A model generated the notes under the pieces. The model made no database searches and was not told the origin of the DNA. It was given only the letters and a program-made list of their open reading frames with translations. The translations under genes were made by a program, and so were the position numbers. A stretch of DNA of 59,435 nt, filler included, from Sphacelaria rigidula (taxonomy: Eukaryota), in the NCBI GenBank assembly GCA_964200075.2. It is 8 parts of 8 records of this genome, joined end to end, with 100 filler letters (N's around TTAATTAATTAA, not from the genome) between each part and the next. Parts side by side here need not be neighbours in the genome. Positions count along the whole stretch, not along the records: positions 22,329 to 29,670 come from CAXNAA020015346.1; positions 29,771 to 37,112 come from CAXNAA020015347.1; 6 more parts are not named here. One strand, 5' to 3'. This document shows, one piece after another, positions 22,483 through 34,214 of this stretch; the first letter of the stretch is position 1, and the number at the start of each line of letters is the position of its first letter.

Positions 22483-24793
22483 CTTCGGAGTGGATGCACA
22501 AATGCTGGGCGCCGTGGACATTATGAGCGCCGCCGGCAGCGCAGGCAGGAGCTCCATCTCCCCAACGTGCATGTTCCCCGCTTCCCCAGCCTCGAGCTTC
22601 AGCGGGGATGGCAGTTTCTTTGATGGAGAAATAAGCGCCGAAGTGCACAAGCAGGTACACCCAGAGGAGACTACCTACTCTGTCTATACCGTGCGCATGG
22701 AAAACGAGCACGAAACCGTTGTTGAGCCGGTAGCGGTGACGGTGGTCGAAGAGGTACAGGACAAACTCGTGAGCGGTGAAGACTTGCCTGGGGTGATCGA
22801 CCCTCGCTCCCAGCCGGAGACCGAAGAGTCCGAGCGTGACAGTGTTGGTGGCGATGGCGATGACGATGACGACGCTCGCCGGAGTGCCGCAAACGATGAC
22901 GTCCACGGCGAACCCTTGGGACAAGAAGAATCGAGACCTGAGCGCGACGTCCTTGTTGGTGCTGTCGGCTGTGCAGACAAGCTGGAGGACGACAGCAAGG
23001 ACATTACGGAAGGTGGGGAGCAAGGAGTTGCTACGACAAGCGAAGGCCATGTGCTCGACCTCGCCGTTGGCGAGACCCTAGCCCCGTCCGCCGACGAGCA
23101 AGTTGAGGATGTCACCATTGAAACGGCGGAGGAAGAGTGCAGCACGGCGACGCACACGGAGCACGCCGGGTCAACGGCTTCTTGTCCCAGTATGTCCGCT
23201 GACAGTGCGCTTGCCGCAGCTATCATCGCAGCCAGTGATGGCGACCATGACGCCGATGATATGTCCAGCACAGCGCCCGGCACAGAATCTGCTCTGTCTG
23301 TGCTTGCCTTATCGTATCCCGTGACCCCCAAGGGTGTCGAAATACCCAAGTTCCCCAAATCTCCGCTGGTGGCTGGCATCGAGACACCTCTCACAGGCGA
23401 ACCCATGAGGACGCCCGTACCTTCTCCGACTGGGTCGACGGATCTTCCCGCGGTAGATTTTGATGCTCCGGTCGTCGGTGACCCGAAGTTGGGGGGTGAG
23501 GATGCCGCCGAAATTGACTTGAAAGTCGGCAGAGAGGGTGGAACTGGGGCGGGCGTGTCGGCCCCTGACTTGACGCTGGATGGCATGGCTCCGGATGAGC
23601 CGGAAGAAGGCCTGTGCGAGGCAGGCGTGGGGGAAGGCGAGGAGGGCGACGCGGGCGAAGAAAACATGGTGCTTGAGGTGAGAAGGCTGTGGATGCCCCG
23701 GTGTATCGCGGCTCCTTCTGTACGCGTACGCGGGGGAAGCTTGTGGGAAACACGGCGTTCTGAAGCTGGTGCTGGTTATCGTTGTGCTTATTTGTAGAGG
23801 TTGGACACAGGGTAGCTGGATACGCCCATCGCGAGAGCGTTCGCGGTAGGCAAGTTAATTCGCCTGAAGGTACTACTCCTCCTGTCGGTGGTGATTTCCC
23901 CCTCTCTTCGTGCCGTACAACTACAATGTGTCCATCACGGAACGTCACCGGGGGGGGTTCGGACACGCCCTGTCCCCATGAAACAGAATTATTTTTACAT
24001 CTCTCTCTCCCAAAAAAACATCGGCACACTTTCCCAGTTCAAGTCGTAACGCGGGTTAACCTCGTCCCGTGTTGCCTCAAAACAACTGTCGTCACAGTTC
24101 CCCAATTAAATTTTCAACGCGTCGCTTCCTCTTGTCTTGTCTTGACGCGTGACGCATTCGCAGGTTCAGGCCCTCAATCCTTACACAGACTTCGATGCTC
24201 TGCACGACCGAGACCATAGCATCAACACCCCCAAACTGGATTGCAATCTGGTTGGCTTTTGCCGCCCGCGCATGGGCTCCTTCTACAATCCGAGCACGAG
24301 GAGCAGCGGTGTCGACTTTTTCTCTGGTGCTGTCGACGACGGCAGTACTCTGGACGGGCGTAGTGCCTCTTTTCGACCACGCTCGGATACACTTCACACC
24401 AACAACCCTAGCACTAGGGGCAGTGGGGCCATGTCTTTCCCTTGGGGTGCCCATGGTGGAGATGGTGCCAGGAGTAATATTTTTGCCGAAATTTTGGGGT
24501 TCTGTCGGCCGCGTGGGTCCGCTGCGGCTTCCGGTAGTGTCGTTGGTATAGTGAACGAAGAGCGTGCATCGGAACGCGGAACAAGCTTTCCCGTCGTCAT
24601 GGAAGAGGAGCAAGTAGACGAGGAGCAGGATGATGCAGCAAGTGTCGTGGCTGCCGACGCGGCAGGCGGTGCCCGCCGCAGCAAGAGAGAGATACAGCCT
24701 TCGGTCCTGGGTGATGCTCCTGTTATCGGGGTTGCGGAGGCGGAAGACTCAAGCCAGTTGCCGGCAGTTACGAAGAGTTCCGGCGCAACTCCA
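22483..24793 (+). CDS. Two internal exons (22483-23677, 24164-24793) of a large acidic low-complexity protein of unknown function
   Basis: Long GC-rich open frames (451 and 231 aa in the track). Boundaries CAG|, GAG|GTGAGA, CGCAG|GTT and CCA|GTGAGG join the two exons in phase 0. Confidence 0.75.
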
Positions 24794-24900
24794 GTGAGGC
24801 ACTTCGTGTCGGAAACGTTAGGCTTGGGTTGCTCCATGTCTTGATGATTTTTCCCTGCCTCTATTCGCGGCAGAAAGGAGTTGGGTGCAGTGAGTTTTGC

Positions 24901-25395
24901 TGTCTCAAGGTCAACTCTAACGGGAGCCGTTCAAAAATTCTTGTCGAAAACTACTTTTTGGGCCCTTCTCCGTCGATTTACGCCCGAAAAGAGGGCTAGC
25001 CGGATGTTGACGCCTTGGAACGACTTGCTCTACTCGTTGAGACGCTTCCAGGGCAACTTTGCATTTCCCGCTGGCGGTACTTTTGTTCTTGGCCAAATGA
25101 GGCCAAGCATGGATTTCCGGTAAAAAACGACCAGGTGATCAAAACTTCCCCCTGTTTTTTTATCGCTTGACCGTTTTCTTTTGCAAATCCACGTTCGGCC
25201 AGAAGTAACAGTGCGACCAGCGGGAAATGAAAAATTGTCCTGGGACGGCCTCAATGAGTAGAGCAAGTCATCCCAAGGCGTCAACAGCCACCTAGCCCTC
25301 TCTTCAGGCGTAAAACGACGGAGGAGGGCCGAAATGACAGTCTTGGACAGGAATTTTGAACGGCTCCCATTAGAGACGGGGTAACCCTTGGGACA
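24901..25395. mobile_element. About 495-bp MITE with ~190-bp imperfect TIRs
   Basis: CTCTAACGGGAGCCGTTCAAAA...TTTTGAACGGCTCCCATTAGAG; mirror peptides (LTPWNDLLYSLR / TPWDDLLYSLR) on opposite strands. Confidence 0.85.
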
Positions 25396-27631
25396 CGCGT
25401 TGTGCCTTGTTTTGTTTTTTTGTGCTTGTCGCGCAGTGTGCCGAGTGGTGGATCACAGCAAGAGTTGGGGATTTTGGCAGATTTTCCGTACATATCTTGC
25501 GCTATTTGGCCACCCAACAACGCGATGTAAATTGGGTAAGTAGTAGACGCGCCTCCTTTGAGCCAATGTGGGGGGGGAGCTAGTGAGCATGCCGCAGGTA
25601 GCAGAGGTGGATGCGGTCACTCATTGGGCGGGCGGGATGGCGAGGAATCTAGCCTGATTTTTCGACTTACGACCTTTTCTGATAACTAGCGTACTGTATT
25701 GAAATAAATTTGTTCATTGATTTTGGGATTTGTACTTCGTCGGCGGATACGTACGCGGACATCCTGTGGGTATGAAAGTTGCACAATGGAGGGGGCATTA
25801 GGAAAAAGAATTGAAGAAAGAAAGAAAGAAAAACTTCCAGATGCACGCTTAAAGCATGCATTTACAGGAGTGCTCTGTGTGGGCTTGATCACGTGCAAGG
25901 AAAAGGAACGTCGCGCTAGGGACGTCGAGGTTCAGAGGCGTTCAAATAATGTTTTTAATGTCATTCCTTGCAAAGTGCAGGTATAAAGTGCCGTTCGCCC
26001 GCCTCATGGTGAAAATTCCGGGATGCTCGACGTATTTATCAAGAGGGGTGGTTTGCCTCATGGCATGGCATGGCAAATGCCCTGATCACGTGTTCATGGT
26101 GGGCAGAGCGGGTTGCGCGGTATTCCTCCGTTTTACATGGAGTAAGAATGTAGCACGGTTCGGAGAAAGATGCATCTGGCGTGTTTGTGTGTATCGAGTG
26201 ACGGGGTAGAAGAGCGAGCGCAGATGTGAGGATGCTGTACCCCAAATGTTGGGGTCCGAAACAGGTGATTCGTGTTATGGTTGCGGTGGAGACGGAGTTA
26301 GTCTTCTCGCCACGAAGTTCGTGATTGTTCATTTGCGGCGGAATAGTGTTGACGGGCGAGATGACCGACCGGGTTTCGCTGAAAGCTATGCGCACTGGGG
26401 TGTTGCCTTTGACGTAAGACAGAAAGACAGTAAGACCATTAATTTTTTTGTTCTGGTTTGATAGGAATCAGCAGTGCAAAAAAAAGCCTCGGGAGTGGTG
26501 GGGTGTGCCTGTGTCGAAGGTGATACTGAAAAAAGTGGTCGGCGTGTGGCTGCCGTCGTGAAGGTGATGTGCGAGCAGGCAATGTGATGTTATTTAGGAG
26601 TGTATTCTTCTCTGAACCATGAACAGGTGGCAGAGATGGACTGCAGCGGTATCGTATGTGTAGGTAAATAAGTGGCGATGTGATTGGCATGAAGGTACGA
26701 GGGTGGCATGGGCGTGCGCGCATCCCCGGCAGTGGCAGCTGCGAAGGCGCCGCCTGTGAACGAATTGATCGTGCTGTAGGTTGGTTATCCATGTTATTAC
26801 GTGGCAATGCTGTATTTGTCGTCTGTTTGTTGAGATGAGCTTTTGCGCGTGTTTATCCTTGGTTTTGTACAGCAGCACTTGCGATAAAGAGGTAAGTGGT
26901 TGAAACAAATGAAGATATATCTGGTCCTTGAGGTTTTTTGGTGTTCAATTGTGAAAAAGATATGTAGTTTTTCCAACTCGTGAGGGTTGCCGTGGCTGCC
27001 GTAATCTAGGTTGGGCACATGATACATGTACGCGAGGGGTAGCAGTCTCGTCTTATTCCGTCTCGATTCATTTTTCCGGTTCCTGTGGTTCTTAGTCGTC
27101 TGTTTGCCGGTAACACAATGTTAGCCATGTGTGCTGGCAGTTCGTTCATATGTTTCCAATCCGATGGAAGCATGTAAGGTCACGGACAGTAAATCCTGTC
27201 TTTCGTGTTTGTGATGTTTTCCCCCGCGTCCACCATGTTTCGGTGGAAGGTGTATTTGTAGCAATAAAGTAAATGTTAGGTCCCACCCGGGGAGCACGTA
27301 GGTGTACCATGGATAGGTTATCAGGGGATGACTTTGATGCCATCGGTCATCAGTAGTGATCGCGTATTGTGGTTATTTTCCAGGATGGTTCCTTTCGTTT
27401 TGTGACAGTAGTATTTGTTTCGTACCCAGGGGTCAGGGTACAAAGTTGAAGAACGGTGCGGCATTGGTATTCGTTCACTTTGTGTGAACGGTTGTTTTTG
27501 TCTTCGAAGTGAACGCCGTTCCGATATTTCCGCAGTACCCTCTAATCTCCGCGATGGGCATCTAGTTCGGTCGCCTTCCGTTGTCACAGGCGCACTAGCC
27601 GAAATAAGGTAAAGAGGGAAACTAAACAGGA

Positions 27632-27888
27632 CACTGGTTCGTGAGATTGAGAGTAGAGCGTTGATTGAGAGTGGGTTTTATCATTCGTTTTGATGTTGCC
27701 ATCACAATCTTGTAACACTGGCGTGTGTTTACAGCTAAACACGTCGATATCCTACTCAGGGATATCAGGGGCTCCAGTGGCAAGCTGCTACACAAAACGT
27801 ATCGGACCTCGTGGAGGGGCATTTCGGAGTTTACACTACTATTTATTCATTGATTGGCTGCTTCTTACTCGATCTCACGAAAGCATTC
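27632..27888 (+). mobile_element. MITE copy, TIR resembling CAnTG...CGTGAGATTGAGAG (possibly hAT-like)
   Basis: Homologous to 28000-28286 (inverted) and 38712-38985; TSD not recovered. Confidence 0.75.
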
Positions 27889-27999
27889 TTGACACGGAGA
27901 AATCAACCCAGGCGTGATAATAAAGAAGAAATGATTCCAAAACATCCGATTTGACGGCCGACTACTCGAACTAAATGGTTGGGGGATATTTTGTACCAA

Positions 28000-28286
28000 G
28001 AGTGTTTTCGTGAAATTGAGAGTAGAGGATATGATTGAGAGTGAGAAGCGGTCAATTCGAGAATGAATCGTTTCAGTTCCGAAATGTCCGTCGACGAGGC
28101 CCGATATGCCTTCTGTTGTAGCTTGCCACTGATGCCCTTGCTATCTCTATCGACGTGTAGCTGTAAGCATACGCCAGTGATGAGAGCGAAGAAAAACACA
28201 CACAAAATGAAGAATCGGCCAAGTTAAAGCGAATGATCAAAGCCACTCTCAATCAGCGCCCTACTCTCAATCTCCCGAAAACGTTG
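28000..28286 (-). mobile_element. Second, inverted copy of the same MITE family
   Basis: Own TIRs TTTTCGTGAAATTGAGAGTAG...CTACTCTCAATCTCCCGAAAA; interior is the reverse complement of 27712-27830. Confidence 0.75.
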
Positions 28287-28689
28287 TTCAGTGTACATTT
28301 GTTCGCCAGAGTGGCAGCCCTCCTTGTCTGCTTGCCTCATCTATGCAGCTGTTTGTTGCTTGCGCTATTCCCTGTGACGATATCATGATCTATTTATCGC
28401 CAATCAGGCATATCCCAACGACAACACCGATGGACCGGTGACGTGCGTGATAAGGACTGTGCATGTTATTGATCGTGATCATCAAAAATAATTAACTGTA
28501 ATAACACAAATCTCTGCTTTGTATGTCTTTTTTTCTTGCCTGTTTTTGTTTCGTCTGTGCTCCGCCCCCCCCCCCCGCCGCCGCCGGAACGAGCCTGGCT
28601 CTGTCTTCTTTTTCGCATTCCTTTTTTACGTTCTATTATTATATTTTTATTTTATTTTTTCTAGTTCATTTTTTGTCATATTTCTCCTT

Positions 28690-28992
28690 TTTGTTTCGGA
28701 TTACGAGCTGGAGTGTTTCAATCAGCTACGTAATGCGCAATCATCATCTTTTTGTTGTTGTTCGTGCTTTTGTAAGGGTTTGTTGTTATTTTGTTATTGC
28801 TGTTGGTGGTGGTGGTGGTGTTTTTTGTTCTTATAGTTGCCCCCGTTCTTTCCTTTCTGAGGCCGTTGCTTCTTCTGTTGTTTTCTGTTATTTTTTTTCA
28901 TCTATTATGTTCTATTTTTTTTTGCTCCTGACCACGGGCTGGATTGTTGCAATCAGCTAATAATGTGAGATAATCAATCAATCAATCGATCA
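28690..28992 (+). repeat. Two tandem retroposon-like 3' ends, the second with an (AATC)n tail
   Basis: ACG(A/G)GCTGGA...CAATCAGCTA...AATG(C/T)G motif at about 28700 and 28930, each after a T-rich tract. Confidence 0.5.
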
Positions 28993-29563
28993 ACATGTTA
29001 ATGGATATAATAATGGTGTTTCATGAAATTGCTCTCGTGCGTATGATTACGACATGACAATAACAAGTAATATATGATGCCAGTGAAAAATGTACCGCGA
29101 GCAGAGGTGAGCGATTGGCTTGAGCAGCATTCTTACGTACTTTTCGAATATAATCCTATCGCCCGCCGCGTCGGAATATTTACTCACTTGGTATGCAACC
29201 CTGGACAAAGTTGCAGCAACATGTTTGTCGAGCACATATATCATGATGAGTGGTCACATTTCAACCAGGGACGTTTTGCACGCTGTTCATAATATATCCC
29301 AAGTGAATTTGCAAATAAATGACGGATTTCTGCAAGTCCGCGGGATGATTTACACTGTTCAAAATATCTTATTATGTTGATCGTTAACTACTACTGCAAT
29401 GTACCCACCCCGGATACCGTGGCCAAAAATGAGGTACACTGAATACCCTTTCTAGTCATCACCACTGCTCACACCGTGAAGAGTACGAAGTAGTGAAAGA
29501 CAACGATCGATCTCTGATATCTTACGGACATTTTCCGAAGTAAACAGTGCTACTTACTTACTT

Positions 29564-29670
29564 GCCGGTCGCCCCGGTGGCTCAGTTGGTAACCTCGTAG
29601 CCTTCTGATGGTTGAGTTGTGGGGTTCGATTCCCGGAATGATCTGGGATTTCTTCTTATACCATGCTCAA
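29564..29670 (+). mobile_element. tRNA-derived SINE head (copy 2)
   Basis: Nearly identical to 22098-22205; unrelated upstream flank; the contig breaks inside it. Confidence 0.8.
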
Positions 29671-29770
29671 NNNNNNNNNNNNNNNNNNNNNNNNNNNNNN
29701 NNNNNNNNNNNNNNTTAATTAATTAANNNNNNNNNNNNNNNNNNNNNNNNNNNNNNNNNNNNNNNNNNNN
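29671..29770. other. Artificial contig spacer
   Basis: N44-TTAATTAATTAA-N44. Confidence 0.99.
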
Positions 29771-31146
29771 CAGCTCTTCTTCATTTCCTCAGCACTCTGC
29801 TTGCAAAAGAGGCTGCCTTGATTTTGTTCGGCCGAAGTGAAGAGCCCCAAACACCATTTTTGTCTTTGGACTTTCTGCCTGCTGCAGAAGCAAGTGGTTT
29901 GACTACCACTGTGCACCCTCTGCTAACCTACTGTCTCTGCGACGGTAGTCGGTCTGTTTCGAGAACAGCACCAAACGCCACGAGCCACCAATATTTCCAA
30001 CACACAGTACCCTACAGGACTGTAGAACGGTGGATGTTTTGAAAGGGTTGAACGTTGCACTTCTGCTTACAGTACATTACAGCTGTGTTGTAGCCGGGGT
30101 CCGTATCTTCGAGGATATGGTGGTATGAGAACCGATCACGGAAATGATATCCGACTAGCAGATTTACTACTATATATTAGTTTGGTTGTGCTTGCGTTCC
30201 CTAAGGTTGTATCTATGGGGTTGGTCGATCGACGTACTTTCTTGGAGGAGATCACGTGGTATATATAGACAATCTGAGGGCAGCTACCTCGAAGATAGGG
30301 CCCAGACCTTAGACTTTTTATAGTACCGGGTGAGGTACGAGACATGGATATTGACCCGCAGGAGTATATTGTATATTGCGCTGTTTTCGTCGGCTCAAGT
30401 GAAGTTGTGACCTTTGGTCTGCTGCGTGATATAGCAACGTAGAGAGTATGGGATACTGCTGGAGCTCTGAATCTGTTGCTGTTTACAAAGTAGCCTCCTG
30501 GGAATACGCCGGAGCATGTTTGAACTTGATTCATTGCATGGCTTGGCAGCCAAAAGCGAAGTATAGCGCCTCCAGCACGAGCAGTGATGTCGAACGTGAG
30601 CGCCAACGATGGCATGCGAAACACGACGACGGGGAGCTATTTCGTCGACATGAAAAGCATCCCTTGACCAAACCTGTTGTTCAGGTTTGCTGTGCGCGTG
30701 ATAGTCGATACCAAAGCGCATGCTTACTTTAGTACAGGGAAGGATTGAACAGAGGAGGCGGCGAGAGTCACCTGTCCTATATTACTCACTAAGACCGGTA
30801 TACTGACCTCCCTCGTCCATTTATTCGTGCTCTCTGTCCCAAACATAATCTGGGACGCGAACAAGTATTCTCGTTTATCACACTTTACGTTCACAGGATA
30901 ACGAAACATATGACACTTTTGCACTGCACGCCCACGGAGAGTACGAACTAAAGTGAGTGTAGGTCTACTTTCGCCACTGCTGGCAAGACGCCCGAAGCGG
31001 TGTTGCCCCGCATAGTACCGTACTCATGGTATCTTCCGAGATCTCGAGGAGTGATGCTAGCACAACATGATCACAATGCGCATGGCTGTGCCTGTGCTCC
31101 TCAATCGCGAGTCCGTTTCCATCAGCTCTTAGCTGGTCTTCCTTAG

Positions 31147-31490
31147 TCAACGGGAAGGCCAAGGGGCACAAGCCGGCTTGTGACTCTTCCAGTCGGCACG
31201 TTGACACTCTTTACAACAGTATTTGGCCTTCCGACAGCGCGAACACCTCAGGTTGGCAGCCTTCTTCCGACACTTGAGACACGAGTTCGTCGTGGACCTT
31301 ATGGTTTTACCACCACTCCACCCCATTGCGGCCTTCCCAGTCGGGGGGTACAGAGGGGACAATGCCGCTCGGTAGAAGAATGAGTGGACGTGTACACCGT
31401 TACCCATAGGTGGAATGTTCGTCTCTAGGAACTCCAGGAAGGTGAGGGGAAGGTCTTTGCCACCGCCGCATTGGCATAGCGCAGTATCAC
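31147..31490 (-). CDS. Terminal exon encoding a C-terminal MYND-type zinc finger (upstream exons unclear; may be a pseudogene)
   Basis: CLKC-x7-CSRC-x4-YCCKECQRADWKSHKPAC followed by a stop; frame stays open to a putative acceptor near 31490. Confidence 0.75.
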
Positions 31491-33359
31491 CTTGGGATGC
31501 ACAAGTGCAAGCTACCGAGTGGTCATATGTTTAGCGAGCGCGCTCCACGGCGACAGGGAGTAGGAACATCCACAGTGCACGGTCCACGCTGTCTACCTGC
31601 ATAGAATATAGTAGTCAGAAATGGCTGAGCTCATCAAGAAGACGACCGCTGGATTGTGCGCGCATTTCACCTTGTTTGACCTAACGAGGAGGACACGAAG
31701 GAACGAGGCTATGCGCGCATCTGAATTGCACGTGTCATCGAGTGAGAGGTACTACGGTATTCGGTCTGCACCTCTTGTTTTCGGCGTGTTCACTTCAAGA
31801 GCTGGGAGGGAATCTGGACCAATATTCCATGCCATCGTACATAAGACACCTTTAGTGGAGGTACCACTAGATGGAATAACTTTTGAAGTGACGATGCTTT
31901 ATGCGCACCTTAACAAAAGTGATCTCGTACTTATGGTGCTGGAACGACAAAAATGCAGTCAATACACCGTTTCACAGTCATCGCATTTGTGTTCTTGATG
32001 AAAATATCACCTTGAGATTCAGAATATTCCTATCGATTTCCTTTTCCGCACCATGTCCCTCACGAGCAGCCAGTTCTTCCGCCGTAAATGAAAGGCCGCT
32101 CATCACCTGGCGTGCAGCAGTAGTAAGGCCCAGTATTATCGAAGAAACGTTTATTAGAGAACTCCTAAAACTTCAGGGAGCTCCAAACGACCCATTATCA
32201 TCGAGTTCTTCCGTTGTTATTAGATATCTCATCACGGATACAGTGTTGATGTCGTCATTGGCTCGCCTTGGCCGGCAAGATGAAGGGCAGGATGTTTAGG
32301 ATTGGCTTTGGCATGGGCTGTCCATGCAATGCTCAGTAGCACAGCGCAGGTAGAATGTTTCACTTGGTATTAATGAGGAGCGGCCGCTGTCGGTTGAACA
32401 AATCAAATAGGAATGTTTTACTTTAGACTAAAACAGTAAATACCGATCTGAGTAGCGATCTAGTACGATCGAAAATCTTTGGTAAGTGCAGGATTCAACA
32501 ATTTGAGAAGAAAAGCACAGGAGAACTCATCGCCACATCGCGAGCCCCGCTCTTTTACTCTCTACCTCTCCAACTTCTCGACTGAACTTCAACGGTCCAT
32601 TGTTCTCTTCAAGCCTTTGTTGGCCATAAACGTCTATTTCAACATGTGTTATTTTCTTCTTGCACAGTTGAACGCCAGCTAGCTCGGCAGCTTAACATCT
32701 GCCAGCGTCAGCCCACTGTATCCACTTGTGGGTGTACAGCAGAATCTTTCTGCAATAGCCCCCTGCCCCCCAGAACCAGCCCAAAGCTGCCACGAAGCAA
32801 ATGGCCATACAGCGCCTGATCTTTGGTTTCAGGTTGCATGAAGTGCCTCATATAGACGGCATGGGCGAAAACGAAGCCAAGCGCGAGAATTCCTAGCTGC
32901 TGTGGGTGCTCGCCTCTTCTGTTTTCGATGTACGTGTAGATTTTGCCCCCCCCAAACCAGTCACTTTTTTGGGGAGGGCTATCGTAGAAAGTTTCCGCAA
33001 CACATTCATAACAGCGTTTGGGCCATCGTTTCAGCGCGGCGGCAGTACAGCGCACGTCGGGGAGGAAGGTCTTCGAACATTCAGTACAATCGAGCTTCGA
33101 ACATCTGCGTGAAGCATTTTACAGTGAGGGGACTGAGTCAACCTGCTTGCGACTTGGATACTGCACCGATCACCTGGTATTCAATATCTCTGCACAACAA
33201 GCGGCACGAACAATCTGGTTGGTGCATTGCATTCGGGGGCATGTCATCTAGGCCTTGATCGTTTGTCGAAGAATAGAGTTTTGCATCTATAATTTCTTCA
33301 CGTCGATCATTGCAACCATTCGGGGCGTTGTAATTTGTAGCTTACAGTCGGACATTGCT

Positions 33360-34025
33360 CATCGCAGCCTGCACGCAGGAACGTGTAACACTGGTCTGGA
33401 CAACACCTCTAATCGTGCCTAGGACTTAGCCCGTTTAGCAGAGTTTGCTTCGGGCAGGGAGACGACTGCAATGTAGCTAGCTACAGCCGTGATAGTCTAT
33501 ACGTACGACGTGTAGCATCGACATCTGGAGAAGAGAGATGCTACGGTAGGGGTGGACAAATATTTTCTGAGGTTTGAATTGTTAGGAGCCCCTGATCTAA
33601 TCCAATCCAAGACACGACTTCTGAAATATGTGAGAGTACGCCATGATTCCTGTTTCAATGTGCTAGATATGTCCCAAATGAATTTACAGACGGGGGTGCC
33701 CTGACCCATATTCTTGTGCATCTAGAATCTTTAGGAGCCCCTGAACCAGACAAGATTTCGCGCAAAAATTGCACCGTTACCGTATCACTGCTCTGAAATC
33801 GAGTATTTTCACATTCTCAGGGCGCTGAACTCACGCCTAGGAGCTGGTCTTTAGCAGCGTTTGCTTGGACCAAGACACGACTGCGCTTAGTGAGAGTAGC
33901 TAGGGTACAGACGTTAGAAGCCTGCACGTTCGGCGTGTAACAGCGGGATCTGAACAGCACCGCATTTGCGCGTCGAGTATTTTCACAATCTCGGGGCGTT
34001 GAAATCGTGTCTAGGGTCTGGCCTA
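33360..34025 (+). repeat. Degenerate ~175-bp tandem repeat, interrupted by a MITE
   Basis: TCGAGTATTTTCACA at 33799 and 33973; GCCTGCACG...CGTGTAACA at 33367 and 33920. Confidence 0.6.
33533..33793. mobile_element. 261-bp GAG...CTC TIR MITE
   Basis: Left end GAGAGATGCTACGGTAGGGGTG; degenerate right end CACCGTTACCGTATCACTGCTC; flanks AGAA/TGAA. Confidence 0.65.
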
Positions 34026-34214
34026 ATACTTCGAGAGTTCTAGTGTTGAAGCAGCTGCAACATCATGGAACAAGCATTCAACGTACAAACAACTCTCAAG
34101 CCAATCGTAAATTCGACGGAACGAGAATGATGTTCCGCGATTTGCAGTCAAAGGCTCCGGTAGTAATCGACTATCGAACAAGCTCCTCTTCCACATTTTG
34201 TTAGAGGGGAAGGA

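Noticed and set aside
33221-33230. Primer-binding site (TGGTGCATTG, tRNA-Gly-like) for the copia element
   Set aside because: Only 10 nt and not directly preceded by a recognisable LTR end.
33542-33784. Tc1/mariner MITE with TA TSD
   Set aside because: Comparison with 22329-22401 shows the terminus extends to GAG(T/A)GATGC, placing it in the GAG...CTC family.
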